The notes under the pieces were generated by a model that did not search any database, was not told the origin of the DNA, and saw only the letters and a list, made by a program, of their open reading frames with translations. From assembly GCA_965224245.1 (NCBI GenBank), contig OZ245046.1:2464001-2528000 (forward strand): a DNA stretch of 64,000 nucleotides, written 5' to 3'. The position numbers and the translations under genes are program-made. Source of the DNA: Candidatus Eiseniibacteriota bacterium. GTDB lineage: Bacteria; Eisenbacteria; RBG-16-71-46; CAZAMP01. Of this stretch, positions 1 to 8,537 are shown piece by piece. Within the stretch, counting starts at the first letter, position 1; each line of letters starts with the position of its first letter.

Positions 1-295
1 GCCGAAGGCGAGCGTGATGGGTGGTGGAACGTCCATCGGCTGCGCGAAGATGCACTCGGATGGATGTCGTCGTCGAGCGTACGCTGCATATATGGCGCAT
101 CGCGGGCGTCGTGTCCACTGTCGATCTCCCGGGAATCGCGCGCGACCATCCGTCGTGATCGGGTCGGGAGCGTGTGCTAGAGTGCCTCGTGCGACGTCCG
201 AGCGTCGTCGGGCCGACACGCCGGCCGCCGGCGCACCGAGCCCACGCGCGCGCGATCATCCCGGATTAAACAGACACTTCCACCGGACGGTGACG

Positions 296-2071
296 ATGCT
301 CGACCGCCCCAGGCCGCCTCGTCCACCGCGGACACGCGGCGCGTGGATCGGCCTCTCGCTCGGCGCCCTCCTGGCGCTGGCAGGGCCGGCGTCACGACCC
401 GCGGCGCTCGCCGAGACCCTCACTCTCACCCCCGAGTGGTCGGTCGACACCGGCGGATGAATCTTCGCCAACCCCGAGGTCTCGGGGGATCGGGTCTACG
501 TCGGATCGTGCAACGGGCGGTTCCAGTGCCGCGACCTCACCGACGGCTCGATCCGGTGGAGCTACGACGTCAGCGCCGACGGCGAGGCCCGGAGCTTCCA
601 CGGGAACATGCTGCTCCAGAAGAACGTGATCCTCGTCGGCACCGACCCCGAGGACGGCTACCTGTACGCGTTCGACCCGCAGACGGGCGAGGTACGCTGG
701 AAATGGTGGGCCGCTCCCGGGATCGGTACCGACCTGGTCGCGGGGCCCGATCTCGTCTACGCGGTGACGCTGGACGACGTGCTCGTGTGCCTCGACCTGG
801 AGACCGGCGCCGAGCAGTGGCGCAGCGTCCCCGAGACCACCGTCAGCTCCATGCTCACGCGCGGATCCACCCCGGCGCTCGAGGACGAGACGATCGTCTT
901 CGCCGGCGTGGCGGGCCGCGTCCAGGCGCTGGACGCGCGGACCGGCGCCGCCGGGTGGTCCACCGAGGTCGGGGGGCCGGTGACCACGTCGGTGGCCCTC
1001 CATCGCTCACGAGCGCTCGTCGGAACCGAGGCCGGCGTGCTCCACGCGCTCGATCGCACCACCGGGACCGTCCTCCGTTCGGTGTCGCTGCCCGGCTCGC
1101 CGCGCGGCGAGATCGTCACGACCGAGGCGGGGCTGGTGGTGCTCGTCGGCGAGGACGGCTGGCGAGCACGGCTGGTCGCGCTGGACGACGATCTGACCGT
1201 CGCGTGGGAGAGTGTCGCCACCGACGGCTCGCTCTGGACGAGCGCCCGCCCGACGCGAGCGGGCCGGTGGATCCTGGTCGGCACGGCCAGCGGCGAGCTG
1301 GCCGCGATCTCGTCCGACACCGGCGAGACCGACTGGACACTCCCGATCGAGCCCATGCGCGACTGGACCGGGGACGGCATCCGGAGCGCCTCCATCGTCG
1401 CCGGCCGCCTCATCGTGGGCACGATCGCCGGGCGACTCACGTCGTATCGACTCCCCCCGGAGATCCTGGCCGGGGCCGGGCCCGTTCGGCGGCCCCGCCC
1501 GCGTCCGGTGGCCATGGCGCCCACGTGAGCCGGCTGACCCGGCGAAGGGTCGCCGCTTCGGGGAAGCGGCCTGGATCACGACTGGACGGTCTCGCTGCGG
1601 TACGTGGATACCGGAACCGATCGGGCTCGCTGGCGTTCCACGATCAACCGGCGCGTGCTGCCGACGCTCTCGCTCGGGATCGAGTTCAACCCGGTCGTCG
1701 GCGAGGTCGGTCCGCTGGTCACGTGGTTCTTCGTCGGTGAGGGGCATGGCACACCCGCCGTCTTCGTCGGCACCAGCTCCGATCGGATCGGAACCGACGA
1801 GGGCGAGCAGAGCTACTACGCGACGGCGACCAAGCGGCTGCCGTGGTGGCCGGTCTCGGCCTACGTGACCGCCAACTACTCCGAGGCGGACGAGTCGTTC
1901 AACGTGCCCTTCGGGGGCACGATCAACCTCACCGAGACGCTGTCGATGCGTCCGATGTACGATGGCGAGCGCACGCATCTGATGGCCACGGCGGCCACCG
2001 AGCGGTTCGCGGTGTCGCTGATCGCAGTCTGGCTGGAGCGGGTCGGCGTCTCGGTCTCCACGGGCTTCTGA
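296..2071 (+). CDS. Predicted exported multi-selenocysteine protein: PQQ/BamB-like beta-propeller + UxxU linker + C-terminal beta-barrel-like domain (591 aa if all three UGAs are read through)
   Basis: ORFs 14..460, 608..1528 and 1604..2071 share one frame and are separated only by TGA at 458, 1526 and 1535. Signal peptide from ATG 296. The propeller repeat continues across TGA458 (WSVDTGG-U-IFANPEVSGDRVYVGSCNG). SECIS-like hairpins follow each TGA. Protein ends in ...VSTGF. Confidence 0.8.
461..490 (+). promoter_or_regulatory. Bacterial SECIS-like hairpin for UGA 458-460
   Basis: Stem CCCCGA (472-477)/TCGGGG (482-487) with apical loop GGTC (478-481) starting 18 nt after the UGA. Same loop sequence and nearly the same spacing as the E. 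coli fdhF SECIS. Confidence 0.8.
1540..1570 (+). promoter_or_regulatory. Two overlapping SECIS-like hairpins for the UxxU codons 1526 and 1535
   Basis: Hairpin A: CGGCGA-AGGG-TCGCCG (1540-1555), loop 18 nt after the first UGA. Hairpin B: GCCGCTTC-GGG-GAAGCGGC (1552-1570), loop 23 nt after the second UGA. Confidence 0.7.
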
Positions 2072-2097
2072 AGGTCTCGACCACGAGGATGGCGTCA

Positions 2098-2769
2098 ATG
2101 CGCAAGCTCGTCCGTCACGCGATCGCGATCGTCGCGGTCGCCGCCTGCACCGCCGTGTTCGCCGATCCCGCCGAGCACCCGGACGAGGCGGTCTGCCGCA
2201 CGTGCGAGATCCGTGGCGGCGGGCACGGTCTCGAGAAGGTCGCCGCACACCGGGAGTACGAGGGCACGTTCTACTACTTCTGTGACCCGGGCTGTGCGGA
2301 CGCGTTCGATGCGTTCCCCGAAGCCTACGCCCACCAGCCCCTCCCGAGGCCGGCCCCCGACGTCACGTTCACCTCGCTCGACGGCTCGTCCGTTCCCCCG
2401 AGCGCGCTTCGCGGGCAGCACGTGCTCGTGGACTTCTGGGCCACGTGGTGCAAGCCCTGCGTGACGAGCATCCCCAAGCTCGTCGAGATCCAGGAAGAGT
2501 TCGGTGAGCGGGGCTTGCGCGTGGTCGGGGTCTCGATCGACGAGATCGAGGCCGATCGCGTCCGTGCGTTCGTCGACGAGAAGAACATGGCGTACACCGT
2601 GGCGCTGGACGGCGGCGACGAGCCGGCCTGGCTGGCCTATCGGGTGGCCGCGATTCCCGCGGCCTTCCTCGTCGATCCCGACGGTCGCATCGTGGCCGAG
2701 TGGAAGGGGGCGGTCGATCCCTCGCGAATCCGGGCCGAGATCGCCGACCGGCTCGGGGGGACGGACTAG
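2098..2769 (+). CDS. Exported YHS-domain + TlpA/ResA-like thioredoxin (redoxin) fusion
   Basis: Signal peptide; CxxC...YEGTFYYFCDPGC...F YHS signature; LVDFWATWCKPC and cis-Pro motif AAIPAAFLVD. Alternative start at 2089. Confidence 0.88.
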   Translation: MRKLVRHAIAIVAVAACTAVFADPAEHPDEAVCRTCEIRGGGHGLEKVAAHREYEGTFYYFCDPGCADAFDAFPEAYAHQPLPRPAPDVTFTSLDGSSVPPSALRGQHVLVDFWATWCKPCVTSIPKLVEIQEEFGERGLRVVGVSIDEIEADRVRAFVDEKNMAYTVALDGGDEPAWLAYRVAAIPAAFLVDPDGRIVAEWKGAVDPSRIRAEIADRLGGTD

Positions 2770-3004
2770 CTCGACCGGGCCCCGGTAGGCCGCCACCGGG
2801 GCGCCCCCCGGCGCTCCCGCGAGGCTCGAGGTCGTCCGGGATCCCCGCAGCGTCCCCAAACCGCTCATCGGTAAGCATTTGCCTCAAAGCTGAGGATCGT
2901 TATATTCTGAACCGACGCCGAGCGGCGATGGGGGTCGTGTGGGCGGTACGGTCCGCACTCCGGGCGACGCGCGTTTGCCGCTGGAGACGCCGCAGGAGAG
3001 CCCG

Positions 3005-3640
3005 ATGTCCGCCGCCGCCGCTGATCTACCTCCATGGATCCACTCGCTGCCGGTTGCGATCTGGGTGTCCGACGAGCACATGCGCCTGTCGTACGTCAAC
3101 GAGGCCGCAGAGCGTCTCTTCGAGATCACCGGCGACGTCGTGGGCTGCCACTGCTTCGAGATCGTGCGCGGCCGCGACGCAAGCGGAGCTCCGTTCTGTC
3201 GCCCCGACTGTCCGGCGGCGGCCGCGATTCGTGACGGGTGCGCGAACGACGGCTTCGATCTCAAGATCGGTGACGGGGTCGGATCCTGGACGCGCGTGTT
3301 CATCGCTCCGGTCGCGGGTCGCTCGTCGCGGCCGATCATTCACTTCGCGGTCCCGATGCAGCGCGAGCACTGCGCCGAGGACTTCGTCGAGCGCGTCGCG
3401 GAGCGGACCCGTGCCGCGTCCCAGGCTCGACTCGACGCGCTCACCGACCGCGAGAAGGAGATCCTGGCACTTCTGGCGCGCGACAAGACGGCACGAGTGA
3501 TCGCCGACGAGCTGGCCATCAGCTATTCCACCGTTCGCAATCACATCCAGCACGTGCTGACGAAGATGGACGCGCACTCGACCCTGGAAGCGGTCGCGTG
3601 CTGGGTGCTCGCGACCGCCGTCGTGTCCGGCGAGGAGTGA
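3005..3640 (+). CDS. PAS-domain LuxR-family transcriptional regulator
   Basis: PAS-like YVNEAAERLF with Cys cluster; C-terminal LTDREKEIL...IADELAISYSTVRNHI HTH; AGGAG RBS. Confidence 0.88.
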   Translation: MSAAAADLPPWIHSLPVAIWVSDEHMRLSYVNEAAERLFEITGDVVGCHCFEIVRGRDASGAPFCRPDCPAAAAIRDGCANDGFDLKIGDGVGSWTRVFIAPVAGRSSRPIIHFAVPMQREHCAEDFVERVAERTRAASQARLDALTDREKEILALLARDKTARVIADELAISYSTVRNHIQHVLTKMDAHSTLEAVACWVLATAVVSGEE

Positions 3641-3769
3641 CGTCCAGCCATCCCGGACGAGAGCGCTACCGTCCGGTCGCGATCACGCGTCCCGCGACCG
3701 GCGATCACGCCACCGGGACCCGCGCCGGCGACGAGATCCTCGACCGATCGCGATCCAGGAGGCCACGCG

Positions 3770-4381
3770 ATGTCGCCGACCGGGACGTTCGAGATCGCCC
3801 CCAGCGGACGGGCGAGGTGTCGCGGGTGCGGCCGTGCAATCGCCAAGGGCGAGATCCGCTTCGGCGAGCGAATGCCCAATCCCTTCGGTGACGGCGAGAT
3901 GACCCTCTGGTTCCATCCACGATGCGCCGCGTACAAGCGCCCCGAGCCGTTCCTGGACGCCCTGTCCTCGGATACGACTCACTCCGGTGAGCTGTCCGGA
4001 CGCGAGTCCCTGATCGACGCCGCGCGGTGCGGCGCCGCGCATCGCCGGCTACCCAGGCTGAGCGGCGCCGAGCGCGCGCCGAGCGGACGCGCTCGCTGCC
4101 GGTCCTGCCGAACGCTCATCGACAAGCAAAGCTGGCGGTTCTCACTGGTGTACTACGAAGAGGGTCGCTTCGAGCCCGCCGGCTTCATCCACGCGGGCTG
4201 CGCACCGGACTACTTCGAGACGACCGTCGTGACGGAGAGCGCGACGCCTCTCGTGGAGGGCGGCGAGCTTCTCGTGGAGCGCGCCGCACACTTCTCGCAG
4301 CTGGACGACGCGGATCGGTTGGCGCTCGCCGAGGCCGTGGCCGGCGGAGGTCCGTCCACGTCCCCGGTGGCGCTCCCGTGA
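3770..4381 (+). CDS. Tandem PARP-type zinc-finger protein
   Basis: Two repeats: APSGRARCRGC...WFHPRC and APSGRARCRSC...FIHAGC (CxxC...HxxC); AGGAGG RBS. Confidence 0.8.
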   Translation: MSPTGTFEIAPSGRARCRGCGRAIAKGEIRFGERMPNPFGDGEMTLWFHPRCAAYKRPEPFLDALSSDTTHSGELSGRESLIDAARCGAAHRRLPRLSGAERAPSGRARCRSCRTLIDKQSWRFSLVYYEEGRFEPAGFIHAGCAPDYFETTVVTESATPLVEGGELLVERAAHFSQLDDADRLALAEAVAGGGPSTSPVALP

Positions 4382-5127
4382 CGGCGCATCGCCGGGGAGC
4401 CGCCGGCGGGGTCGCGGCGGATCTCGTGCACGTCTGGGTCATGCCGGTGGATGCGTGCATCGCGGCGCACGGCGAGCCGGCGCTCGTGGAGCTGCTCGAC
4501 GCCGGCGAGCGAGCCGAGTGCGGCCGGGCTCGACAGGACCGGGTCCGGCGTGAACGCCTCGTGTCCAGAGCGCTCCGCCGCGTCGCCCTGTCCTGGCTCG
4601 CCGATCGTCCGGCGACGAGCTGGACGTTCACGGTCAACGCGTTCGACCGGCCCGAGCTCGTCCCGACCCCTGGCGTGCCCCCCATCCGCTTCAACGTCTC
4701 CCACTCCGGCGGTCTGGTCGCGTGCGCGACCGCGCTGGCGCACGACGTTGGAGTGGACGTCGAGGACGTCACCCGGCGGGTGTTCGACCTGGTCGCCATC
4801 TCCGGCTACCTGGCGCCATCGGAGAACGAGCATGTCGTGGCGCAGCCGGCGGCGACTCGCGCGCGCACGTTCTTTCGCTACTGGACGCTGAAGGAGGCCT
4901 ACGCGAAGGCTCGCGGCATGGGGCTCGCGGTGGGCTTCGACTCGTTCGAGATGGATCTCGGCGGCTCCATACCGTGCCTCAGCACCGGGCCGGAACGTAG
5001 CGCCTGGCGCTTCGAGCAGTGGGACGTGGGCGACTCCCACGTCGTGGCACTGGCGGTCCACGCGGAGGCAAACGAGCCGCTCCGGATCGTGTTGACCCGG
5101 CTGGACGATCTGAATCCGATTCCCTGA
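4378..5127 (+). CDS. Sfp-type 4'-phosphopantetheinyl transferase
   Basis: FNVSHS, VGVDVE and FFRYWTLKEAYAKARG motifs; GTGA overlap with the upstream stop. Confidence 0.92.
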   Translation: MTAHRRGAAGGVAADLVHVWVMPVDACIAAHGEPALVELLDAGERAECGRARQDRVRRERLVSRALRRVALSWLADRPATSWTFTVNAFDRPELVPTPGVPPIRFNVSHSGGLVACATALAHDVGVDVEDVTRRVFDLVAISGYLAPSENEHVVAQPAATRARTFFRYWTLKEAYAKARGMGLAVGFDSFEMDLGGSIPCLSTGPERSAWRFEQWDVGDSHVVALAVHAEANEPLRIVLTRLDDLNPIP

Positions 5128-5356
5128 CACCGCGCCGGGCAGCGCCACGCGTTCGTGGAGCCGGGTCGATCTCTCCCGAGAGTGCGTAGCCGAGGGTGAT
5201 GAGCGTGACGTGACCGCATCCGGCCCGAACGGACGACGGCGCGCTCCGCGGGGCGGAGCGCGCCGGAGGCTCGAACGCGTGTGAGGTGGGCTCCCCGCTG
5301 GCAGGGCCGGGCGGTGGGATCCGATCCTGCCGTCATCCGGCGTCCCGGGACGGCCT

Positions 5357-5929
5357 TCAGAACGTGAAGCGGAGCCCGGCCGCGAACGGCCACACCCACG
5401 AGTTGCTGGTGCCGACCTCGTCCTCGTCGGTGAACGCGATGTCGCCCTGGGGGCTCAACACGAACGCCAGCTGCGGAGCGAGCGCGTAGGCGAGCTTGGC
5501 TCCCACGTTGATCGCCGGGTACGTGAAGCGGTCACCGCCGTCCACGTCGAACGTCATCGCCCCGGCCCCCGCGTTCACCAGAACGCTGAAACGTCCATCG
5601 GGGCTCGTGTACGCGTCGTAGCCGACCTTGGCCATGATGTGCGCCACGTCGATGTCGGGGCCACTGATGTCGCCGTCGAGGCTCGCGCCCCCGTGACGGC
5701 CGTAGTCCACGTCGGCGAGGAGGTAGAGCTTCGGGCTCACCTGGTAGCCTACTCCGAGGCCGAAGCTCCCGCCGGCCTCGGCCGCGTCGGTGATGTCGAA
5801 AGTCGGCACGTTCAGGCCGCCGCGCGCTTCCAGCATCATCGCGTTCTGGGCGATCGCGGCGCCGGGCAGGGTGATCCCGATCGCGAGCGCCGCCGCCAGC
5901 GCGAGGATCGTCGAGCTCGATGCATTCAT
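5357..5929 (-). CDS. Outer-membrane beta-barrel protein (OmpA-like transmembrane domain)
   Basis: Signal peptide, alternating amphipathic strands, C-terminal GLRFTF. Confidence 0.8.
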   Translation of the reverse strand: MNASSSTILALAAALAIGITLPGAAIAQNAMMLEARGGLNVPTFDITDAAEAGGSFGLGVGYQVSPKLYLLADVDYGRHGGASLDGDISGPDIDVAHIMAKVGYDAYTSPDGRFSVLVNAGAGAMTFDVDGGDRFTYPAINVGAKLAYALAPQLAFVLSPQGDIAFTDEDEVGTSNSWVWPFAAGLRFTF

Positions 5930-6026
5930 GATGGTCCACTCCTGGTCGTGAGTCCGGGACGTCGCGATCGGCCGTCACCGGCGAACCGGGACGGCCGACG
6001 CGTTTGGTTCAGGTCGGAAGGTGCGC

Positions 6027-6572
6027 CTATGACGGGAGGATCACGCCGTCGATGACGTGGATGATGCCGTTGGAGGTCTCGATGTCGGTCGTGACGACCA
6101 TGGCGTCATTGACCATGACCTTTCCATCCTTCACCTCGATGGTCACGTCCTGCCCCTCGACCGTCTTCGCGCTCTTCAGCTTGACGACGTCCGACGCCGC
6201 CACCTTGCCCGGGACCACGTGGTAGGTGAGGATCTGGACAAGCTTGTCCTTGTTCTCGGGCTCGAGAAGCGTCTCCAGCGTCCCCTCGGGGAGCTTGGCG
6301 AACGCCTCGTCGGTGGGCGCGAACACCGTGAACGGCCCCTCGCCCGACAGCGTCTCGACGAGACCCGCGGCCTTCACCGCGGCCACGAGCGTGTCGAAGT
6401 TGCCGGCGCCGACCGCGGTCTCGACGATCGTCGGCAGAGGCGCGGCGTCGGTCGATGCGGTCGCCTCGTCGTGAGCGTGGCCATGATCGGCACCGCGGTC
6501 GGCGTGGACGGCCGGCGAGAACGTCAGTGTCGTGATCGAGACGAGGGCAGCGAGTGAGAATGCGCGAGTCAT
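6027..6572 (-). CDS. Secreted fasciclin (FAS1) domain protein
   Basis: [20 protein letters not shown] and [11 protein letters not shown] motifs; signal peptide. Confidence 0.95.
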   Translation of the reverse strand: MTRAFSLAALVSITTLTFSPAVHADRGADHGHAHDEATASTDAAPLPTIVETAVGAGNFDTLVAAVKAAGLVETLSGEGPFTVFAPTDEAFAKLPEGTLETLLEPENKDKLVQILTYHVVPGKVAASDVVKLKSAKTVEGQDVTIEVKDGKVMVNDAMVVTTDIETSNGIIHVIDGVILPS

Positions 6573-6867
6573 GAGTCCGGTCTCCTGTTTCGATGTGGTC
6601 GTTTCCCGGGAGAACCACGGCGAGGCCGACGGCCGTCGGTCCGCGATGCTCCGTCTCGCCCGAGTGTTCCTGACGACACCTGCATGGATGCGCTTGTCCG
6701 AGAAATATATTCAACAAAATCTCAACCTGCGATGGTTGTTGGGGTTACGGAGTCTCAGATCCTGGACAGACACCCGGTCGAGGGCGTCCGAACCTGATGC
6801 CACGCCGGCGAGCGGACCGGCCAGCCGGAGCGTCCGCGGCCGACGTCGGGGGGGCACCGGGGCCGGG

Positions 6868-8466
6868 TCACTCCATCGCGGGAAGGCGCTCGTGGAACGG
6901 ATCCCGGAGCGTGCCGCGTCGGGCTCCCCGGGCGCCGGTCTCGTCGTCGAGAACGCGGACCGTCCACTCGTACAGCTGATCCGCCTCGTCGCGCGTGTTG
7001 CCGACGCAGGTCACGCCGACCTTTCCGAACTGCGAGAGCGCCCCGATCATGTGGAACAGCACGCCGGTCTGCGTCACCGGCCGGAAGCTGAGACCGTGCT
7101 GGGTCAGGATCTCGAGGAAGTCCTCGGGCAGAAGCCCGCGATAGGACGGCGAGGTCAGCGCGTCGGTCGAGAAGTAGAACTTCGGCCGGCCGTCCGGCGC
7201 GTGGAAGACACCGCTGTCGGCGTCCAGCGATCCGCAGGTCAGGAACTCCAGCGCCTGGAACGGATGCGTCGTTCCCCCCATCCGGAGGTTGATCTCGATC
7301 GCCGCGATCCGCCACGGCTCGCCCGGCTCGCGCCAGGCCAGGAAGTCCACCGCGACGCGACTGACGACCCCCTTGGCCGCCAGCGCGTCCGCGATCTTCC
7401 GGGCCTCGGCCTGGATCGCAACCCGGTAGTCGTCCGACGCGGGGAACCGGCAGCCGACGTACGCCTGCTTGTTCGGTCCGCCGAGCACCTGATCGTGAGA
7501 CGAGATGACCGCGTGCGTCCCGTCGGGATGGATGCGCATCTGGACGCTCGGTGATCGTACCTCGCTCGCCTCGATGAACTCCTCCACCACGCCGCCCATC
7601 TCGCTCAGCTTGCGGAAGAAGCTCCCGGGCGTCTCCTCCTCGGCGTTGAACACGAGGTGGTCGAGCGCGGCGTCGATCGCCCGGACACGCGCGGCCCGCT
7701 CGGTCGACGAGGGCGACGGGAACGTGAACATCGCGTTCCCCTCGCCCGAAAAGCTCTCGTCCAGCTTCACGACCGCCCGCTTCGAGGCCGGGCGCGCCTC
7801 GGCGAGGTCGGCCAGCGCCTCGGCGAACTCCCGTCTGGTGTGAAGCCCGTGTGAGCCGTGGGGATGGGGCACGCCGGCATCGGCGAACAGGTTCCGTCCC
7901 CCGCTCTTCGTCCCCAGCGCGCGCAGGTCGGGATCGAGCCCGTTGAGCGGAATGTCGAGCGCCAGCGCCAGACGTCGCTCCAGCTCGGTGGAGTTGAAGC
8001 ACGTCAGGTACGCCTGTCGCGGGTTGCCGATCCAGTGCTTGATTCGCTCGATCGCCCTCGGGCGCTCGAGGATCTTCTCGGTGAGCGCGCGGGAGCTGCT
8101 GTCCATCATCGACAGAAAGCCCAGCCGTTTCGACGCGTGGCTCGATGGCACGCCGACCAGGAGATGCAGGTAGTAGTCGATGATGTCCGGGTGGATCGGC
8201 TGGCTGGATAGATACAGAACGCGCGAGGACGGATGCCGTAGCCGCATCAGCGCGAAGAGCAGTCGCTCCTCGTAGCTGGGTACGCCGGAGATCTTCGCCA
8301 GCTCTTCCTGGTCGAAGCTCAGCGACGGCACGACCACCGAGGTATGTTCGAGTGGACGGGCGCCCTGGATCCTGTTCCAGAGCGGTGGGAGCCGCTTCTG
8401 GAGCTCCAGGAACGCCGAGCGCTCCGTCTCGGAGGCAGCGCCCCGATGAGCGGGCATGCTGGTCAT
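6868..8466 (-). CDS. PGM1/BesA-like ATP-grasp peptide ligase
   Basis: VVVPSLS...YEERLLF N-terminal region; ATP-grasp motifs VVKLDESFSGEGN, VEEFI, SPSVQ, IEINLRMGGTTHP. Confidence 0.85.
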   Translation of the reverse strand: MTSMPAHRGAASETERSAFLELQKRLPPLWNRIQGARPLEHTSVVVPSLSFDQEELAKISGVPSYEERLLFALMRLRHPSSRVLYLSSQPIHPDIIDYYLHLLVGVPSSHASKRLGFLSMMDSSSRALTEKILERPRAIERIKHWIGNPRQAYLTCFNSTELERRLALALDIPLNGLDPDLRALGTKSGGRNLFADAGVPHPHGSHGLHTRREFAEALADLAEARPASKRAVVKLDESFSGEGNAMFTFPSPSSTERAARVRAIDAALDHLVFNAEEETPGSFFRKLSEMGGVVEEFIEASEVRSPSVQMRIHPDGTHAVISSHDQVLGGPNKQAYVGCRFPASDDYRVAIQAEARKIADALAAKGVVSRVAVDFLAWREPGEPWRIAAIEINLRMGGTTHPFQALEFLTCGSLDADSGVFHAPDGRPKFYFSTDALTSPSYRGLLPEDFLEILTQHGLSFRPVTQTGVLFHMIGALSQFGKVGVTCVGNTRDEADQLYEWTVRVLDDETGARGARRGTLRDPFHERLPAME

Positions 8467-8537
8467 GCGCGGCAGTATCACCAGGGGTCCCGGGATTGTC
8501 ACGACCGAAACGGCGCCGGCGCCCCCGAGTCCGGGCG

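Noticed and set aside
1-100. Possible start of a minus-strand gene (MDVPPPITLAFG from 36)
   Set aside because: Too short at the window edge to support.
2779-2802. Hairpin after the YHS-TlpA gene as a terminator
   Set aside because: 8-bp stem but no U-tract; it may be a terminator but cannot be supported.
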